This document shows positions 13,649 to 26,850 of a stretch of 64,000 nt of DNA, piece by piece. This DNA comes from Lama guanicoe (Eukaryota), in the NCBI GenBank assembly GCA_013239625.1, contig MU056000.1, positions 10,739,175 through 10,803,174 of the forward strand, in the 5' to 3' direction. The notes beneath the pieces were generated by a model. It had not been told where the DNA came from. It saw nothing but the letters and a program-made list of their open reading frames with translations, and did not search any database. The stretch's first letter is position 1; every line of letters starts with the position of its first letter. The position numbers and the translations under genes are program-made.

Positions 13649-13949
13649 TTTTTATAATCCTTTTAGTCAATCCTCACAAGACCAGTGAGGTAGATTTTAT
13701 TCTTACTCTCCCATTTTGCAGGTGAGGAAACAGACAGAGCGCTCAAGTAACTGGCCTTGGTTACATACCTGGTATTTAGAGGACGAAAACGTTCCTTGTC
13801 TCACTGACATTAAATTTTCAGGGGTTTTCATGTTGGTACCATCAGGAGCATCTCTGCTATGATACTATGAGTAGGTGGAGCTCAGAATTTTTCCCAAACT
13901 GAGAAAGAACCAACAGCGAGGGAACCAGTGGGGCCTACTGATTGAGAAT

Positions 13950-14165
13950 GGGTGCTGCAGGGTCAGACTAGAGCTGGGTTCAAGTCACAAGCCAGCCAAT
14001 TATTCCTCCTGTGTCCCTGGGCAAATTATGGTTCCACTCAGAACCTCGGTTTCCTCTTCTACAAAATGGAGGTAATACTATCCTACTCATGGAGGAGGTG
14101 GCAGTGTTGGGTGAGATATGTATGCATAGATTCTGGCTCATATTGAATGAATATTGAAGGGTTAT
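13950..14165 (+). mobile_element. MIR SINE
   Basis: ctgggttcaagtc...gggcaaatta...cctcggtttcctcttctacaaaatggag. Confidence 0.75.
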
Positions 14166-14984
14166 GACTAGATTACTATTAAAATAATTTTTTTAGATTT
14201 TTGTGGATTTCTATTTTAATTTCTTTGAATGCTGAAATCATCCAATGATTAGAGTCTTCTGCCTCCCTCCCAAGCTATCAAAAGATTCATTTTGTGGATG
14301 GAAAATAATGAGTTAAGAAGCCTTTGTCTTAAGGTTCAATAGCAAATCTGGGGTAGAATGGAAAGTAGTGTAAACTCGTTTCTAATTTGTCACATATTGT
14401 GGAGGAAAGGAGTGGCTGGTTCACAGTATATTGTGTTGCCGCCATTGGCAAGCTTGCTCACATGAGGCATCCAGAGAAGTTTCACATGGTGGACAATGGC
14501 TCTTACTGTCTGGAGGGTGGCTGTGGGTGGTGGAGGTTTGAGAGCAGCCCCTCTCCCCTCCCAAGGATGCACCTCTGGTCCTTGCAGAGGGCAGCTGGCT
14601 TTCATTTTCAATTCTCAGGGCTCTGGGGGTCCCCATAGGTAACAAATCTCTCTCGGGGCTCTTTCTTCTCTGTGACTTGTCCCTGCTTATTCAGCACAGT
14701 CTGGGGTGGCTGCTGGAGGGGCTGAGGATGGGAAGGGTGAAGAATTTCGATCAGAGGATAGAGGATTGTGTAATGGGAGGGAGTTGGCTTACGTGAAAGA
14801 AAATCAGGTTCTCCCACTGCCCAGGGTCAGCTCGGAGAGCCCGACTCCTTTCTCCTTTGCTTGGCATGACTGCAACCCTGTTCCTGTTTCTATCATCCTG
14901 CTCTTCCTATAGCTCTGAGCTCCTGGAACATAAGAGAGAGGCTTGCTTAATATCATACTACCCCTAACAAACTCTCTGCCCTGC

Positions 14985-15625
14985 AGTTGGAGCTGCCTTT
15001 TATAAACAAGTCTGATGATTTTACTTCCTTATCTCAAGCCACACAGTGGCTTCCACTGCTCTTACCAAATAGTGTGAAATCTGCAGCCTCACTTAGCAAG
15101 GCCATATGTGATCCAGCTCCTGCCCCTTCAGGCCTCCTGTTTACACTCCAGGTGCTTCATTTCCAGAATGTTCTAAGCTCCTTCAGACCCCAGGGCCTTT
15201 GTACATACTGTTCCCTCCACTAGGACCATCTTCACTGGACTCCCGCTTACTTATTTATCCATAGACTTGGGGTCCCTAACTTTGTCACCTGTTCGAATTG
15301 CTCAGGGAGTTTTAAAAAATTCTGATGCCCAGGCCTCATCCCATACCAGTTTAATCAGAATCTCTGGAGGTGAGACCCATGGAAAAGGATTTTTGAAAGC
15401 TCCCCAGGTGATTTCAGTGTGCAGCCAAGTTTGCGAACCAGTTCTTAGATGAAGTACTTTCTCCATGTAGTTGCCTAATTTCTTAATTTCCCAGTTCAGT
15501 TTGCATCCTTCATTACGTGTTCTCATAGTTCTCTGCACATTTTGCATTTGTTGACTATGTCTCCCACCAGACTGTGTCTATTGTGTTCTCTATTCCTAGG
15601 GTGTGGCTCGGGGCTTGGCACATAG
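14985..15625 (+). mobile_element. L2 3' fragment (hosts MER5A)
   Basis: cagtggcttccactgctct...cccagggcctttgtacatactgttccctc...tctcccaccagactgtg...ggcacatagga. Confidence 0.65.
15266..15443. mobile_element. MER5A (hAT-Charlie MITE)
   Basis: aatcagaatctctggaggtgagaccc...gctccccaggtgatttcagtgtgcagccaagtttgcgaacca. Confidence 0.8.
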
Positions 15626-16013
15626 GAAGACCGGATGAAACTGGAATGTGGATGTATTAGTGTTGCCACCACCAGCGGCTGGCACTCTCCAAAGGGTGAC
15701 GTGGCTCAGGCACCTGCATCCATGTGTTGAGTCAATGAAACAGCTGCTAAGAAGAGGAGGGCTCCCTGCTGGGAAGTGCTCACCATTCCATTATCTGGGG
15801 AGAGTGTTTCCCTGCCTTTGGGAATGCTTCAATTTCTGGGTCACAGCAAGAACCAGAATTATCAGGGATTATATCTGATCATTGGGCAGTCCTCCCACAA
15901 AGGATTTGCCTATTAACTTACTTATAATTAATTGTCTTCTGGAGTGAATATTTACCAAGAAAAAATTCTCAATACTCAACAGTCAAAGGATATTTCCAAT
16001 GATGGGTATTCAA

Positions 16014-16561
16014 TTTTTTTTTTGATTGAAGCACAATTGAGTTACAATTTTGTATTAGTTTCAGGTGTACAACATAGTGGTACAAAATTTTTATAGATTA
16101 TACTCCACTTAAAGTTATTATAAAATATTGGCTATATTCTTTGTGCTGTACAATATATCCTTGTTTAGTGTATTTATTTTATACATAGTAGTTTGTACCT
16201 CTTAATCCCTAACCCATCTTGCCCCTCCCCCTTTCCTCTCCCCACTAGTCACCACTAGTTTGTTCTCTAGATCTGTGAGTCTGTTTCTTTTTTGTTATAT
16301 TCACTAGTTCAATAAATGATAACATAGGTTATCTGTCTTTCTCTGTCTGAATTATCTTACTAAGCGTAATACTCTCCAGGTCCCTCTATGTTGTTTCAAA
16401 TTGCAAAATTTCATTCTTTTTTTATGGCTGAGTAGTATCCATTCTGTATATATATATACACACATGAAGTCTTCTCTATCCATTCATCTGCTAATGGACA
16501 CTTAGGTTGCTTCTATACCTTGGCTATTATAAATAATGCAGCTAATGAACATTGGGGTGCA
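16014..16561 (-). mobile_element. 5'-truncated L1 3' end
   Basis: Poly-T, attgaagcacaattga, ...ttcattctttttttatggctgagtagta...gaacattggggtgca. Confidence 0.9.
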
Positions 16562-17905
16562 AACCATTTCTCAAATTGACCATGTATTTCTTGGTGAATA
16601 TTCACTGGTATGGACTATGAATAAAAAATAAATTAATAGAGCAATATATTAGCATAAGAGCAGACTAACAGTATCAATATAGCCATAGAATGTACTTCAT
16701 GGAGACCAGAAATGAGTTTAGTTTATGGCCCCCAATATACTATATTGAGGGATAACCTAGATACGATGTCAGGAGGATAAAAAAATTAAAGACATGGTGT
16801 CCATGTAAAATGCACTGTATAATCAAAGCGCAGTGACAGGACAATCCTGACATCCATCTCAATGCTTTACTTTTTCTTTTTTGCATTCACTTCTACAGAT
16901 TTGTTTCATTATATCACAAACAGGGAAAAATATCTTATTGAAAGGGAATGTGAGAAGATGCAACATCTAATGAATGGAAATCTGAACTAGAATCTACCAA
17001 TAGATTTTGCATCTAACTTTTTCTGCAGCTGTGGATGACTCATTCTAGTGTCTCAGTTTCTCCACCCTTAGAATGAGAGTAATAAAATTTGCCGTTAATT
17101 AAAGTCTCTATTTTTTTTTAACTGTTTGGGAAGTTGGGTCCAATGGAAAAATGAAATACTTGAGGATATGACTTAGCCTGTGCTAGGAATTTTATAGGCA
17201 GTTCACCAAGGATTTTTTTCCAAGTGATTTGCACGATACACAAAATGTATTTTAAGCTGAATGCCTTGGACTGAAAGCCATGCACAATAACCTGTCCCAA
17301 AAGCAATTATCACATCAAGACACACCCATTGGGATTCAACGCTCCTATTTAAAGTCTGTCCAGACATCACAGCCCACATGTATAATGGCTTTGGCAGAAG
17401 AGTGAGAGCCAGCATCGGCGGGAGCCTTGTTTAACTGAGCAGGAAATGGACGTTTTCCGAACCAAAAGTTTGAAAGCTGAGAAATACCTATTTTGTGAGC
17501 AGAATTTACGGCCTCATTCCTACAAGAAGAAGAAGTAAAAGCAAACGGACGACATTTAATTCCATAAAGAAGTCACAGCTCTGGAGCCTGTTTTCCAATG
17601 GGACCTGAGGGTGTTTGTGGAACAAATGAGCATCTAAAAATATTTCGATCTCTTTAGATCCCTGAGATTTCAAGTATAACATTCAATTCAGGCACTGACT
17701 TTTCAAGAGGTCTTTGCTTCCTCCTCTTGTTTTCTGGGTTAGAAGCTCCTTTGTGAATGCTGGTTACTGGGTTTCCATATTGTTTTGGAATTGTCCTCTT
17801 TGCCATTAGATTGTGAGTTATTGATGGATGACCATGGATGCTGCTTATTCATCTTTGTTCCTGTTGTAATCAGCACAATTTGAACAAGAATCAATCTTGT
17901 TCAAG

Positions 17906-19024
17906 AGTGGGACCTAATTAAACTTACAAGCCTTTGCACGGCAAAGGAAACCATAAGTAAAACAAAAAGACAACCTATGCAATGGGAGAAAATATTTGCA
18001 AATGAGGCGGCTAACAAAGGTTTAATTTCTGTATAAACTGCTCATACAACTTAATAACAAAAACAACCAAACAGCCCAATCCAAAAATGGGCGGAAGACC
18101 TAAACAAGCAATTCTCTGATGAAGACATACAAATGGCCAATAGGCACGTGAAATAATGCTCAGTATCACTAACTGTCAGAGAAATGCAAACCAAAACTGC
18201 AGTGAGGCATCACCTCACACGAGTCAGAATGGCCAGCATTAAAAAGTCCACAAACGATAAATGCTAGAGAGGGTGTAGTGAAGATGGAACCCTCCTGCAC
18301 TGCTGGTGGGAATGTAGTTTGGTGCAGCTGTTAAGCAAAACAGTATGGAGGTTCTTTAAAGGACTAAAAACAGACTTACCATATGATCCGGCAATCCCAC
18401 TCCTGGGCATATATCTCGAGGGAACTCTAATTTGAAAAGATACACACACCCCAATGTTCATAGCAGCACTATATACAAGAGCTGAGACATGGAAACCATC
18501 TAAATGTCCATCGACAGATGACTGGATGAAGAAGCAATGGTATATTTATAAGATGTGATACTATTCAGCCATAAAAAAGAATAAAATAATTCCATTTGCA
18601 GCAACATGGATGGACCTGCAGATCATCATTCTAAGTGAAGTAGGCCAGGAAGAGAAAGAAAATACCATATGATAGCACTCATAGGTGGAATCAAAAAGAG
18701 AAAAAAGAAGACACTAATGAATTCATCTACAAAACAGAAACAGACTCACAGACATAGTAAACAAACGTATGGTTGCCAGGGGGGAAAGTGGGTGGGAAGG
18801 GATAAATTGGGAGTTTGAGATTTGCAACTATTAACTACTATGTATAAACTAGATAAACAACACGTTTCTTCTGTACAGCACAGGAAACTATATTCAATAT
18901 CTTGTAGTAACCTATAATGAAAAAGAATATGGAAAGGAATATATGTATGTACATGTATGACTGAAACATTATGCTGTACACCAGAAATTGACACACTGTA
19001 AACTGACTATACCTCAGTTAAAAA
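17906..19024 (+). mobile_element. 5'-truncated L1 (~1.1 kb; degenerate ORF2 C-terminal region + 3'UTR)
   Basis: tgggacctaattaaacttacaagc through aactgactatacctca; colinear with the copy at 49714-51566. Confidence 0.95.
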
Positions 19025-20454
19025 GGAAGAGCGATGATTGCTACATCAATTGACAAAGGAACGAGTACTGCCGTCACCATTACAGGCTTGGTACAGTGTA
19101 GGTGGTGATACTTGGAATCCAAGCAAGAAAAGCTAGTCAAGGGCCACTCTTGTTTGTGCATGACTAACTTGCCCCAGGATCTTGCGTCATCGGAGGGCTG
19201 AGTGTTCGGTGGGTCAGGAAGCGCTGTGGGTTCCATTTGGCCAGTGGATTTTGGCAGTATTGGGTTCTTGTTGCCTACTGCAGTGATGCAGGGAGGCAGG
19301 GAGGAGGGCGGAGGGAAGCCCGAAGCAATTTCTCAGTAATAAAAGCCTGTCTTCTTTAAAGGCTTCTCTTTCCTTACCTCCCAGAGAAAATACTACCTTA
19401 ACACATCATTCCCTAATTCACCTTCAAAGGGGAGAGAGACACAGAAAATCGCTTAGCAGAGATGGCCGAGAGTTATGCTGGTTCAGTGTGATTCCAGAGG
19501 AAAAGCTGTCTTGGCTCAAGGCCCAAGTGGCCTTCAGTTTTTCTGTGCAAGATGCTCTTAGGAAATCTCAGAGTTATGGGTGGAATGTTTAGACCAACCA
19601 GGCACGTCCGCAGGTGGGTAGGGGGAATCCCAGGTCAGAGCCAGGCGCTTGATGCGATAATCAGAGGTGGTTTGCTGAGGCCTGGAAGAAAGGTGCAGAA
19701 TCCTGCAAAACCATGATGTGAATTTGAGAAAGGAGATCTAAGTTAAAATAAAAAAGCAGCAAAGATGACTTGGTTTTTTGAGCAAAGAAGTGTGATGTGT
19801 AATTCCACACCCCCTCCAGGAAAGCTCAAATTAGCTATAAAAAAAAATGAATGATTTACATTGCAATGGTGCACAAAATTATTCCAGTCCTTAAAATACT
19901 GAGGTAAAGTTTTGTAAGAGAAGAGTGCCTTTATTTGAAACTGTTGTTCCCCCTAATTATACAGAAATAGGTGACTTTACATAATAATAGTGGAAATGCC
20001 CGCTTGACAGCCAAGAAGAGACCCTTCAGCTTAGCCTTCTCTGTGGTGACTCAGTTCCCATGGCCTGGGACCCAGGGAACTCTCTGCCCCTGTCCACAGT
20101 TACTTTCCAAAACCCTGCAATGGTCACTGAAGGGATAAATAAAATCTAATATCAGCAGCTAAACTATTTGCTCATAAAAAGATATCTATTGAGTAGAAGA
20201 TTTAAAAAGCCTCCACTGAAATGTCCTTGTGGCAACAATAAAGAGTAATTTAATTTCTGTGCTCATATTGCAGCCTCCTTTTTATCAACTTTACTTTTTA
20301 AGTCCAGTTCTTCTCCCCAATCAAGCAGCGAGAAGTAGGACAAAACAGGACCTCAGCCAGCTTGCTTTATACATCTAAGATATGAACCTCCACTCAGAGT
20401 ATGGGATTTCCTTACAGAAATGTATCAGGGGCCACGGCAATAAAGTATCTTAAA

Positions 20455-20710
20455 AGTTTTTCGCTAATGTCTACTGTGTATCAGGCACCACCCTAAATAG
20501 CTTGTGCTGCATTTGTTCTTCTTCCCCACAGGCCCTTGAGAGGTGTTGTAAATCTGGACACGTTACGGACGTCCAGATACGGAAACTGGCTCAGAGAGAA
20601 ATCTGCCCGGGACACGTGTCATGGTTTGTCGGTAGAGATGCTGAGATTTGAACGGAGGTCTGGTAGCCATCAAAGCTCGAGTTCGCACCCACTCCAGTAT
20701 CGTGCCTTCC
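20455..20710 (-). mobile_element. MIR SINE (CpG-rich)
   Basis: ctactgtgtatcaggcac...cagatacggaaactggctcagagag...gagatttgaacggaggtctgg. Confidence 0.65.
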
Positions 20711-21188
20711 ATCAGCGAAGCCCTACGTGGGGCCCAAAACATGTTTGTAAGAGTCTGCACTCTAATTTAGAAACCAAACCCAAATGCAAAACAATGCGTG
20801 CGCATGAGAACAAGCCGGGCGGTATCTCCGCTTCCCCACGGCCGATCTGCAAACCAACTCCAAGCGAATTCCAAGCTACTTTAGGGGCCGTGCTTTTTCT
20901 TTCCGGAATATTTGCAAATAGAATCACTGGAGGCCTAAGGCATTCGAGGAATTTACATGTTTGTGCTTCTCATAAAGATGGGGAAGCATTGGATTTCCAT
21001 GATGGACACGGATGGAGGGAGGTGGGAGGAAGATAAGGGCCGAGGAGGAGGGGGCAGGAGGAGTTTGAGGTGTCAAGGCCTGAGCTCCTTTCTTCCTTCC
21101 TAACTTGGAAAGTGAAATTAGGGAGATGGATTGATGGGCATCAGGTCCCCACGGAGCTCTTTTCAAAATGAGATGATTCCTAATTTAA

Positions 21189-21405
21189 TTAGGAGTTTGG
21201 AATTCGCGGATACAAACGCCTATGTAGAAAATAAATGAACAGCAAAGTCCTACTGTGTAGCACAGGGAATTATATTCATTATCTTGTAATAATCTATAAC
21301 TAAAAACAATATGAAAAAGGATACATATATATGTAGAACTGAGTCACTATGCTGTACACCAGAAATTAACACATCAAAAATCAACTATGCTTTGACTTTA
21401 AAAAA
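21189..21405 (+). mobile_element. L1 3'UTR fragment
   Basis: aaagtcctactgtgtagcacagggaattatattca...gctgtacaccagaaattaacac. Confidence 0.85.
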
Positions 21406-21639
21406 TGACATTACTGAGTTCAACTGTGTTTTAAAATGTACTGCAAAGACAAGGCATGGCTTCTTTAAGAAGAGATTGTATGAGGTTTTGTCAGAACCAA
21501 AAAGGCTGTTGGGCCATTAAAAATGCTTAGCATTGAAACAGCTCACCTACTGTTATGTGAAAGAGCCACTGGGAAACAACGTGCACATTAAGACTCCACT
21601 GTTGCAAAAGGCATACATATAGCAGGACAGACACATAAA

Positions 21640-21989
21640 TATCCTTGTAACCAAGTGCCATAGATGGAGCAGCTTCAACAAATTTGGAGGCCGGAAACCT
21701 GAGATCAAGGTGTCAATGGGGTTGGTTTTTCTTGAGGCCCCTGTTCTTGTCTTGTTAATGGCTGTCTTCTCATTTGTCTTCACATGATCTCTGTGTGTGT
21801 GTCTGTGTCCAAAAACCCTCTCCTTGCAAGGACATCAGTCATATTGAATTGGGGTCCACCTTCATAATTTCATTTTAACTTAATCACCCCTATAAAGATC
21901 CTATCTCTGAATATAGTCACATTTTGAGAGACTGGGGGTTAGGGCTTCAACCTATGAATTTTGGAGAAGACCAAATTCAGCCCATAGCA
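21640..21989 (-). mobile_element. MLT1B MaLR solo LTR
   Basis: Ends gggggttagggcttcaacctatgaattttgg...aattcagcccatagca, the reverse complement of the MLT1B start. Confidence 0.85.
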
Positions 21990-22221
21990 GGCATCCTGGG
22001 TGAGAAACATGGGTACCAGTTCTCCCTTTGCCAGGATGATGGGCAGCACTGTCTGTGGGGCAGTGCAGTTCCGGGCAAGGAGAATTCAGTGCATCTCCCC
22101 CTCTGCTCTTGACGTTTCCAGTCCAGGAAACCTCATGTGTTGGTGAGCTGACTGGAAATTCAGTCAACTCTTGGATCTCAATTTTCCCAACCCAGTTATT
22201 ACAATAAAATTTTGATGTGTA

Positions 22222-22385
22222 CTTCTACTGCATAGCACAGGGAACTATATCCAATTTCTTGTAATAACGTATAATGGAAAAGAGTCTGAAAAGAAAAAAT
22301 ATATATAAGTATGTATATGTATCTGAATCACTTTGCTGTACACCTGAAACTAACATTGTGAGTCAACTACACGTCAATAAATATT
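22222..22385 (+). mobile_element. L1 3'UTR fragment
   Basis: ctactgcatagcacagggaactatatccaa...gctgtacacctgaaactaacattgtgagtcaactac. Confidence 0.85.
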
Positions 22386-22524
22386 TTTTTTAATTTTAAA
22401 AAGTTTTAAAAACTTCTTTAAAGTCATTTTGAAGATAAAAATTCAATACTTCATAAACATTAAAAGCAGAGGAACAAAGGAAACTAAAAGCAGGGTGGGG
22501 TAAAAATGTAGACTCGTAAATGAA

Positions 22525-23730
22525 GGTGTGTTCACAAGCTACACTTCAGCAAATATTCTTCAAGGGCCTGCCGTGACAGAGGGGCCAAGTGAGGCTCTTG
22601 AGACACAAAGAGGAAACAGAGAATTCCTGCCCTTGAGGCCCATGTGGGGAAGGACAGGGAACAGAGCGTCCTCGTGCAGTGATGTGGGCTGGCAGAGAGG
22701 TTTGTCCCGGTGCTGTAGGAACATGAGCAGGAGCTGATGAAGCAGACCGGGACAGGTGGGCGGGAGGGCTCCAGGTGGAGGGCAGAGCACAGGTAGGGTG
22801 TGGAGGCAGGACAGGGCTTGCTGAGGAATGGGAAACATGATTGCTTTTGGCCTGGTTGGGGAAGTGAGGGTCAATGGGGAAGAGGTGATGGACAAAGTTG
22901 GAGACAGGAAGAAGAGGTGATTAGAGAGACATGCAGGAATAGAATCAGGGGCTTGATGACTCTTGGAAAATGAGGAATGAGAGAAAGGGAGGAATCTAGA
23001 GTGTATTCAGCAACATGTGTCTAATGAAGGTTTATTAAACTCCCACCCCGTGACTGAGACCATGCCAGGCGTGGAGTACGTGATGGTGGGGAAGAGAAAT
23101 CAGGTTCCTGCTCTCACTAGACTAAAGTCAGGCCAAGATGCAAAGCAACTAAACACACATTCAAAGTGAAGGGAGATGAACATGGTAAGGGTGGAATGTC
23201 TTCTAGATGTCTCTCTGGGTGTTAGCTAGTAATTTTTCCCAACCAAGTCAGAAAGCTCAGAAGATAGAAAAGATAAGAGGTCTAGTTTCGGACGTGTTGA
23301 GTTTAAGGTGGAATATGCAGAATGTAACGCATTATTTCCTGGTGCCACTGGAGAATAGGAACGCTTCCCCAAAGGGAGGCATCTTCCAATACACGTGGTG
23401 AGTGTTACACGGCAGTCCCTTCTCTAACCCCTGGTTTTGTAAAAGAGAGAATTTTCCGAGTTTAGTATGAAATGAATGAAGCAGACAAAATTACTGGCAT
23501 GTGTGGAGCCTACTTTCTACTAGAAAAATATAATTTATAAGAAAAACATGAAGATAAGTAAAAAGCAACATACTGTATGGAGGAGGAATATGGACTATGG
23601 TTGTAATTTTTATCAGGGTGGCGAGGGAAAGTCTTTCCTAAAAAAGGTGATTTTTCAGAAAGAGCTGAAGGCATGTTTTGGAACAGACAAGAGGTGCCGG
23701 GAAGTGGCAGATGAGGAGAGGGTTTGGCCA
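22525..23730 (-). mobile_element. Several L2 fragments
   Basis: Repeated reverse-L2 motifs such as gagaaagggaggaatctagag, ttcagcaacatg, tcagggtggcgagggaaagtctttcctaaaaaggtga. Confidence 0.55.
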
Positions 23731-23784
23731 GCGCTGGGAACCAAGGCCGATCGTCCACAGCGTCTGGGAAAAGTGGCAGCGGAG

Positions 23785-24483
23785 AACAGGATGGAGCTTC
23801 CTCGAAAAATGAAACACAGAATGACTCTAGGATCCAGGAAGTGTGCACCCCAAAGGGTGAAAATCCGCATCTCAAAGAGATAGCTGCACTCCCACGGTCA
23901 CTCACTGCAGCAATATTCACAGTAGCCAAGGGGTGGCAACAGCTTAGATGTCCACTGACAGATGAACAGATAAAGAAAATGTGGTCTATACTCAGGCTTA
24001 AAAAAAAAAAAAGGAAATCCTGCCACTGGAGACAACCTGGATGTAACTAGAGGATACTGTCCTAGTGAAATTAACCAAGCACAGGACCAATGCTGCCTGA
24101 TCCCACTTAGGTGAGGTATTGAAAACAGTCAGCTCAGTGCCTGACTACAAGGGTGGTGGCCGGGGCCCGGTAGGTGGGGAAAGTTGTTCAACAGGCATGA
24201 AGTTTCAGTTGTACAAGATGAGCAAGTTCTGGAGATCTGCTGTACAGCACGGATCCGGTAGTTAACCATACTGTACTGTGCACTTGGAAACTTGTCAAGA
24301 GGGTAGACCTCATTTTAAGTTCTTATCACAAAAAAAAAAAAAAAAAAAAAAAGGCTGGGGTGGGGAAGGGCAGGAGGAAACTCTGGAGGTGACACTGTTT
24401 ATCACCTTGGGAATATGCATGCCTCCAAATTCATCAAATGTGTATATTGAAAAGGAGTCTTCTTAAAGGGAAGAAAAAAAAAA
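23785..24483 (+). mobile_element. Old L1M (L1MA/MB-type) 3' end with internal A23 run (24330-24352)
   Basis: tcactgcagcaatattcacagtagccaag...gatgtccactgacagatgaacagataaagaaaatgtggt...gtttcagttgtacaagatgagcaagttctggagatc. Confidence 0.8.
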
Positions 24484-24539
24484 GTTGAGGAATTTTATAC
24501 ATCCCTAGTTTTTCCTTTGCGTGTGTATTTGAGGAACAA

Positions 24540-24558
24540 TGTTGCCCTCTAGTGTTCA
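24540..24558 (-). promoter_or_regulatory. CTCF-like motif
   Basis: Minus strand reads TGAACACTAGAGGGCAACA. Confidence 0.55.
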
Positions 24559-25294
24559 AGCTGTTTCCTTTATTTCACGCTGGGAGGGGCGGCAAAGGGT
24601 TCAAATGTGACTGCAAGACAAATTCACCTTGTTGCTTTAGTCCCCTGAGGTGTTTTCGGTTAAGGGTTTCAATAGGAACAAAGGTGAAAATACTACTTGT
24701 TCTTCTTCTTCTTTTTTTTTTCTTACTAGAAATAGTGCATTAATTAGAAGAAACCAGGCAGGCAAAGACCAGTTTGAAAAGTTGCATAAAGCTTGCATAG
24801 TACATAGCAGACCCTTGATTCAGAGTCCCATGTCCTATGACAGTCAAACACAGTTTCCATTGTTTCCAGGCATTTGTAAAATGCTCAGGGTTTCCATTTA
24901 CATGATGTGACATTTATGCAATACACACACAAGGCAAAAGTTTATACTCAGTATGTATAGTTTGTATTTTTATTGACTATTCTTTCAAAACAAATTTCTT
25001 GAAATAAAATAATTTTTAGCCTTTTTTCCCCCTCAACTTCCTTCGAGTGTGACCAAATAAACTTCTAGTTTGAACTCACAAGGATGTTGTTTTTTGGGAA
25101 ATCAAAGTCAAGAGAATGGAGTAAGGATGGTAATATTATTCTCTATTTATAAATTGAGAAAAAGAGCGTATGAATTTTTAAAATGACAGCATACAGTTAG
25201 TGTTGGTCTGCAGTGCGTAGCTCCCCTCCCTTTTTCACACAATTTCTCTGGAAGCCGCGCTCATCCCGGACCTCTCCGGTTTGTGAGAAATTGC

Positions 25295-25520
25295 TTAACA
25301 CGAAATTGACAGTGTGGGCAGTCAGACACACCTGGGTGAGCCCTGGACTTGCTAGTTTTCCCTGAGATGTTGGGTAATAAATCTAACCTCTGAATCTCAA
25401 TTACTGTAAAAGGGGAGTGGTCGTCTACTTTATCTCTTAAGAGACATAAAAATTAAATGGGATAAAGTATGTGAAAGCATCTAGCACAGTGCCTGGCACA
25501 GTATATACATTAGCATTAAC
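25295..25520 (+). mobile_element. MIR SINE
   Basis: cagtcagacacacctggg...aacctctgaatctcaa...tgtgaaagcatctagcacagtgcctggcacag. Confidence 0.8.
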
Positions 25521-26617
25521 AAAGGAGATCACGATGTAAAAAAGCACATCACAAATTCTTTGCAATAGTGAGTTTTGCTATCAAAAAAAAAAAAAAGGTA
25601 CTCCGGACCCAAATAAGGATAGACTTTTGCCTTTGGAATTATTTTCAGCCACGACGTGTCAGTATACAGTCCAAATCCCAAAGCAGAGTCCATAACCCAA
25701 ACGGTAAAGCCCTCCCGCCATCTCGCAGGCAAAGCAGTCATAATTTTTGTTTTCTGGACTGAGCAATTTACTCTTTTCTGTTCCATCCAAAATTGCCTTG
25801 AAACTACTGCCAAGAGTTGTGAATCATTTATAAAATTCAGAGCGCACCCTTCCTCACGAGTGGAGCGCCTCTTACCATAAATGTTATTACTGAAAGGACT
25901 GCTTAGAAACTCCTTTTTCCTTTTAATTTCCAGTGAACCAGTTGTGTAGGATCACCTTCCTATCAAAGCTGGCCTCCTGTCTTATCTATTTTTATTATTC
26001 ATGGTGGATTTTGGAACAAACTTCACATTAACTTAAATTTTCCTTTGAGTATAACCTTCAAACAATGTGAGACGGGAATCCAGGGTCCCAGCCTGGTATG
26101 ATGTATTGGGCATCCCCTCCACCAAGCCCCATTCTTGAAACTTATGAGAACTCCGGCATGGTGAGGGGTGAGGCGTGAGGTGTGAGGCTGGGAGTCACCA
26201 TTTCCAGCTGCCACCAACCTCAGAGCTCTGTACAAGTTCAGGATTCTTTCAATTCAAAGTTGCAGGAGCTCGACTCAGATTTGTTTAAGCAGCAAAGAGA
26301 GTGTATTAGTTTGCGAGACTCAAGAGTCTAGGGTAGATATCTGCGTTAGCCTTTTGGAGGGATGCCTCAGAAAATATGACCAGGACTTTATCTGGGGCTT
26401 GGTAGTTTGTTTTATGCATTACATGCATCATATGCATTATATGAATACATAGTCAGAATTTTGTCTTCATTAATATGTTTCAATATTCAGTCTCTGGGAG
26501 ACCAGTGAATCTCCTGTTGGGTCCCTTCCAGCTTTGTGCTTGGACCCTTCGTCTCCCTGAAACCCCTTGAACACGGATCACTGTCTGTGGGGGAGCTTTG
26601 CTTTCGAATGTTTTAGG

Positions 26618-26850
26618 CAAGGCTGGCTGCGTTATCTGCTGGGCTTGGTGTGAAATAAAAATGCAGAACCTCCTTTTCAAAAAGCAGGAAAAAGTGCCAC
26701 TAAAGTACTAAAATATAAACCTCTTCCTTTCTTGCGTGGTCTCTCTCCATCTTTCACGGTGTTTTTAATTCTCTATGTAATGTCATGCTCCTTTGGGCAT
26801 GGGGATTCTGGCCAGGGGAGGCTAGACTTTCAAAGGCACTGGCACCCCTA
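26618..26850 (+). mobile_element. ORSL-like hAT-Tip100 MITE
   Basis: aaaatgcagaacctccttttcaaaaagcaggaaaaagtgccactaaagtactaaaatataaa matches the recalled ORSL consensus. Confidence 0.65.

Noticed and set aside
20536..21036. 166-aa ORF in the CpG-rich patch
   Set aside because: Starts at TTG inside a MIR; its length is explained by local GC richness; no domain recognised.
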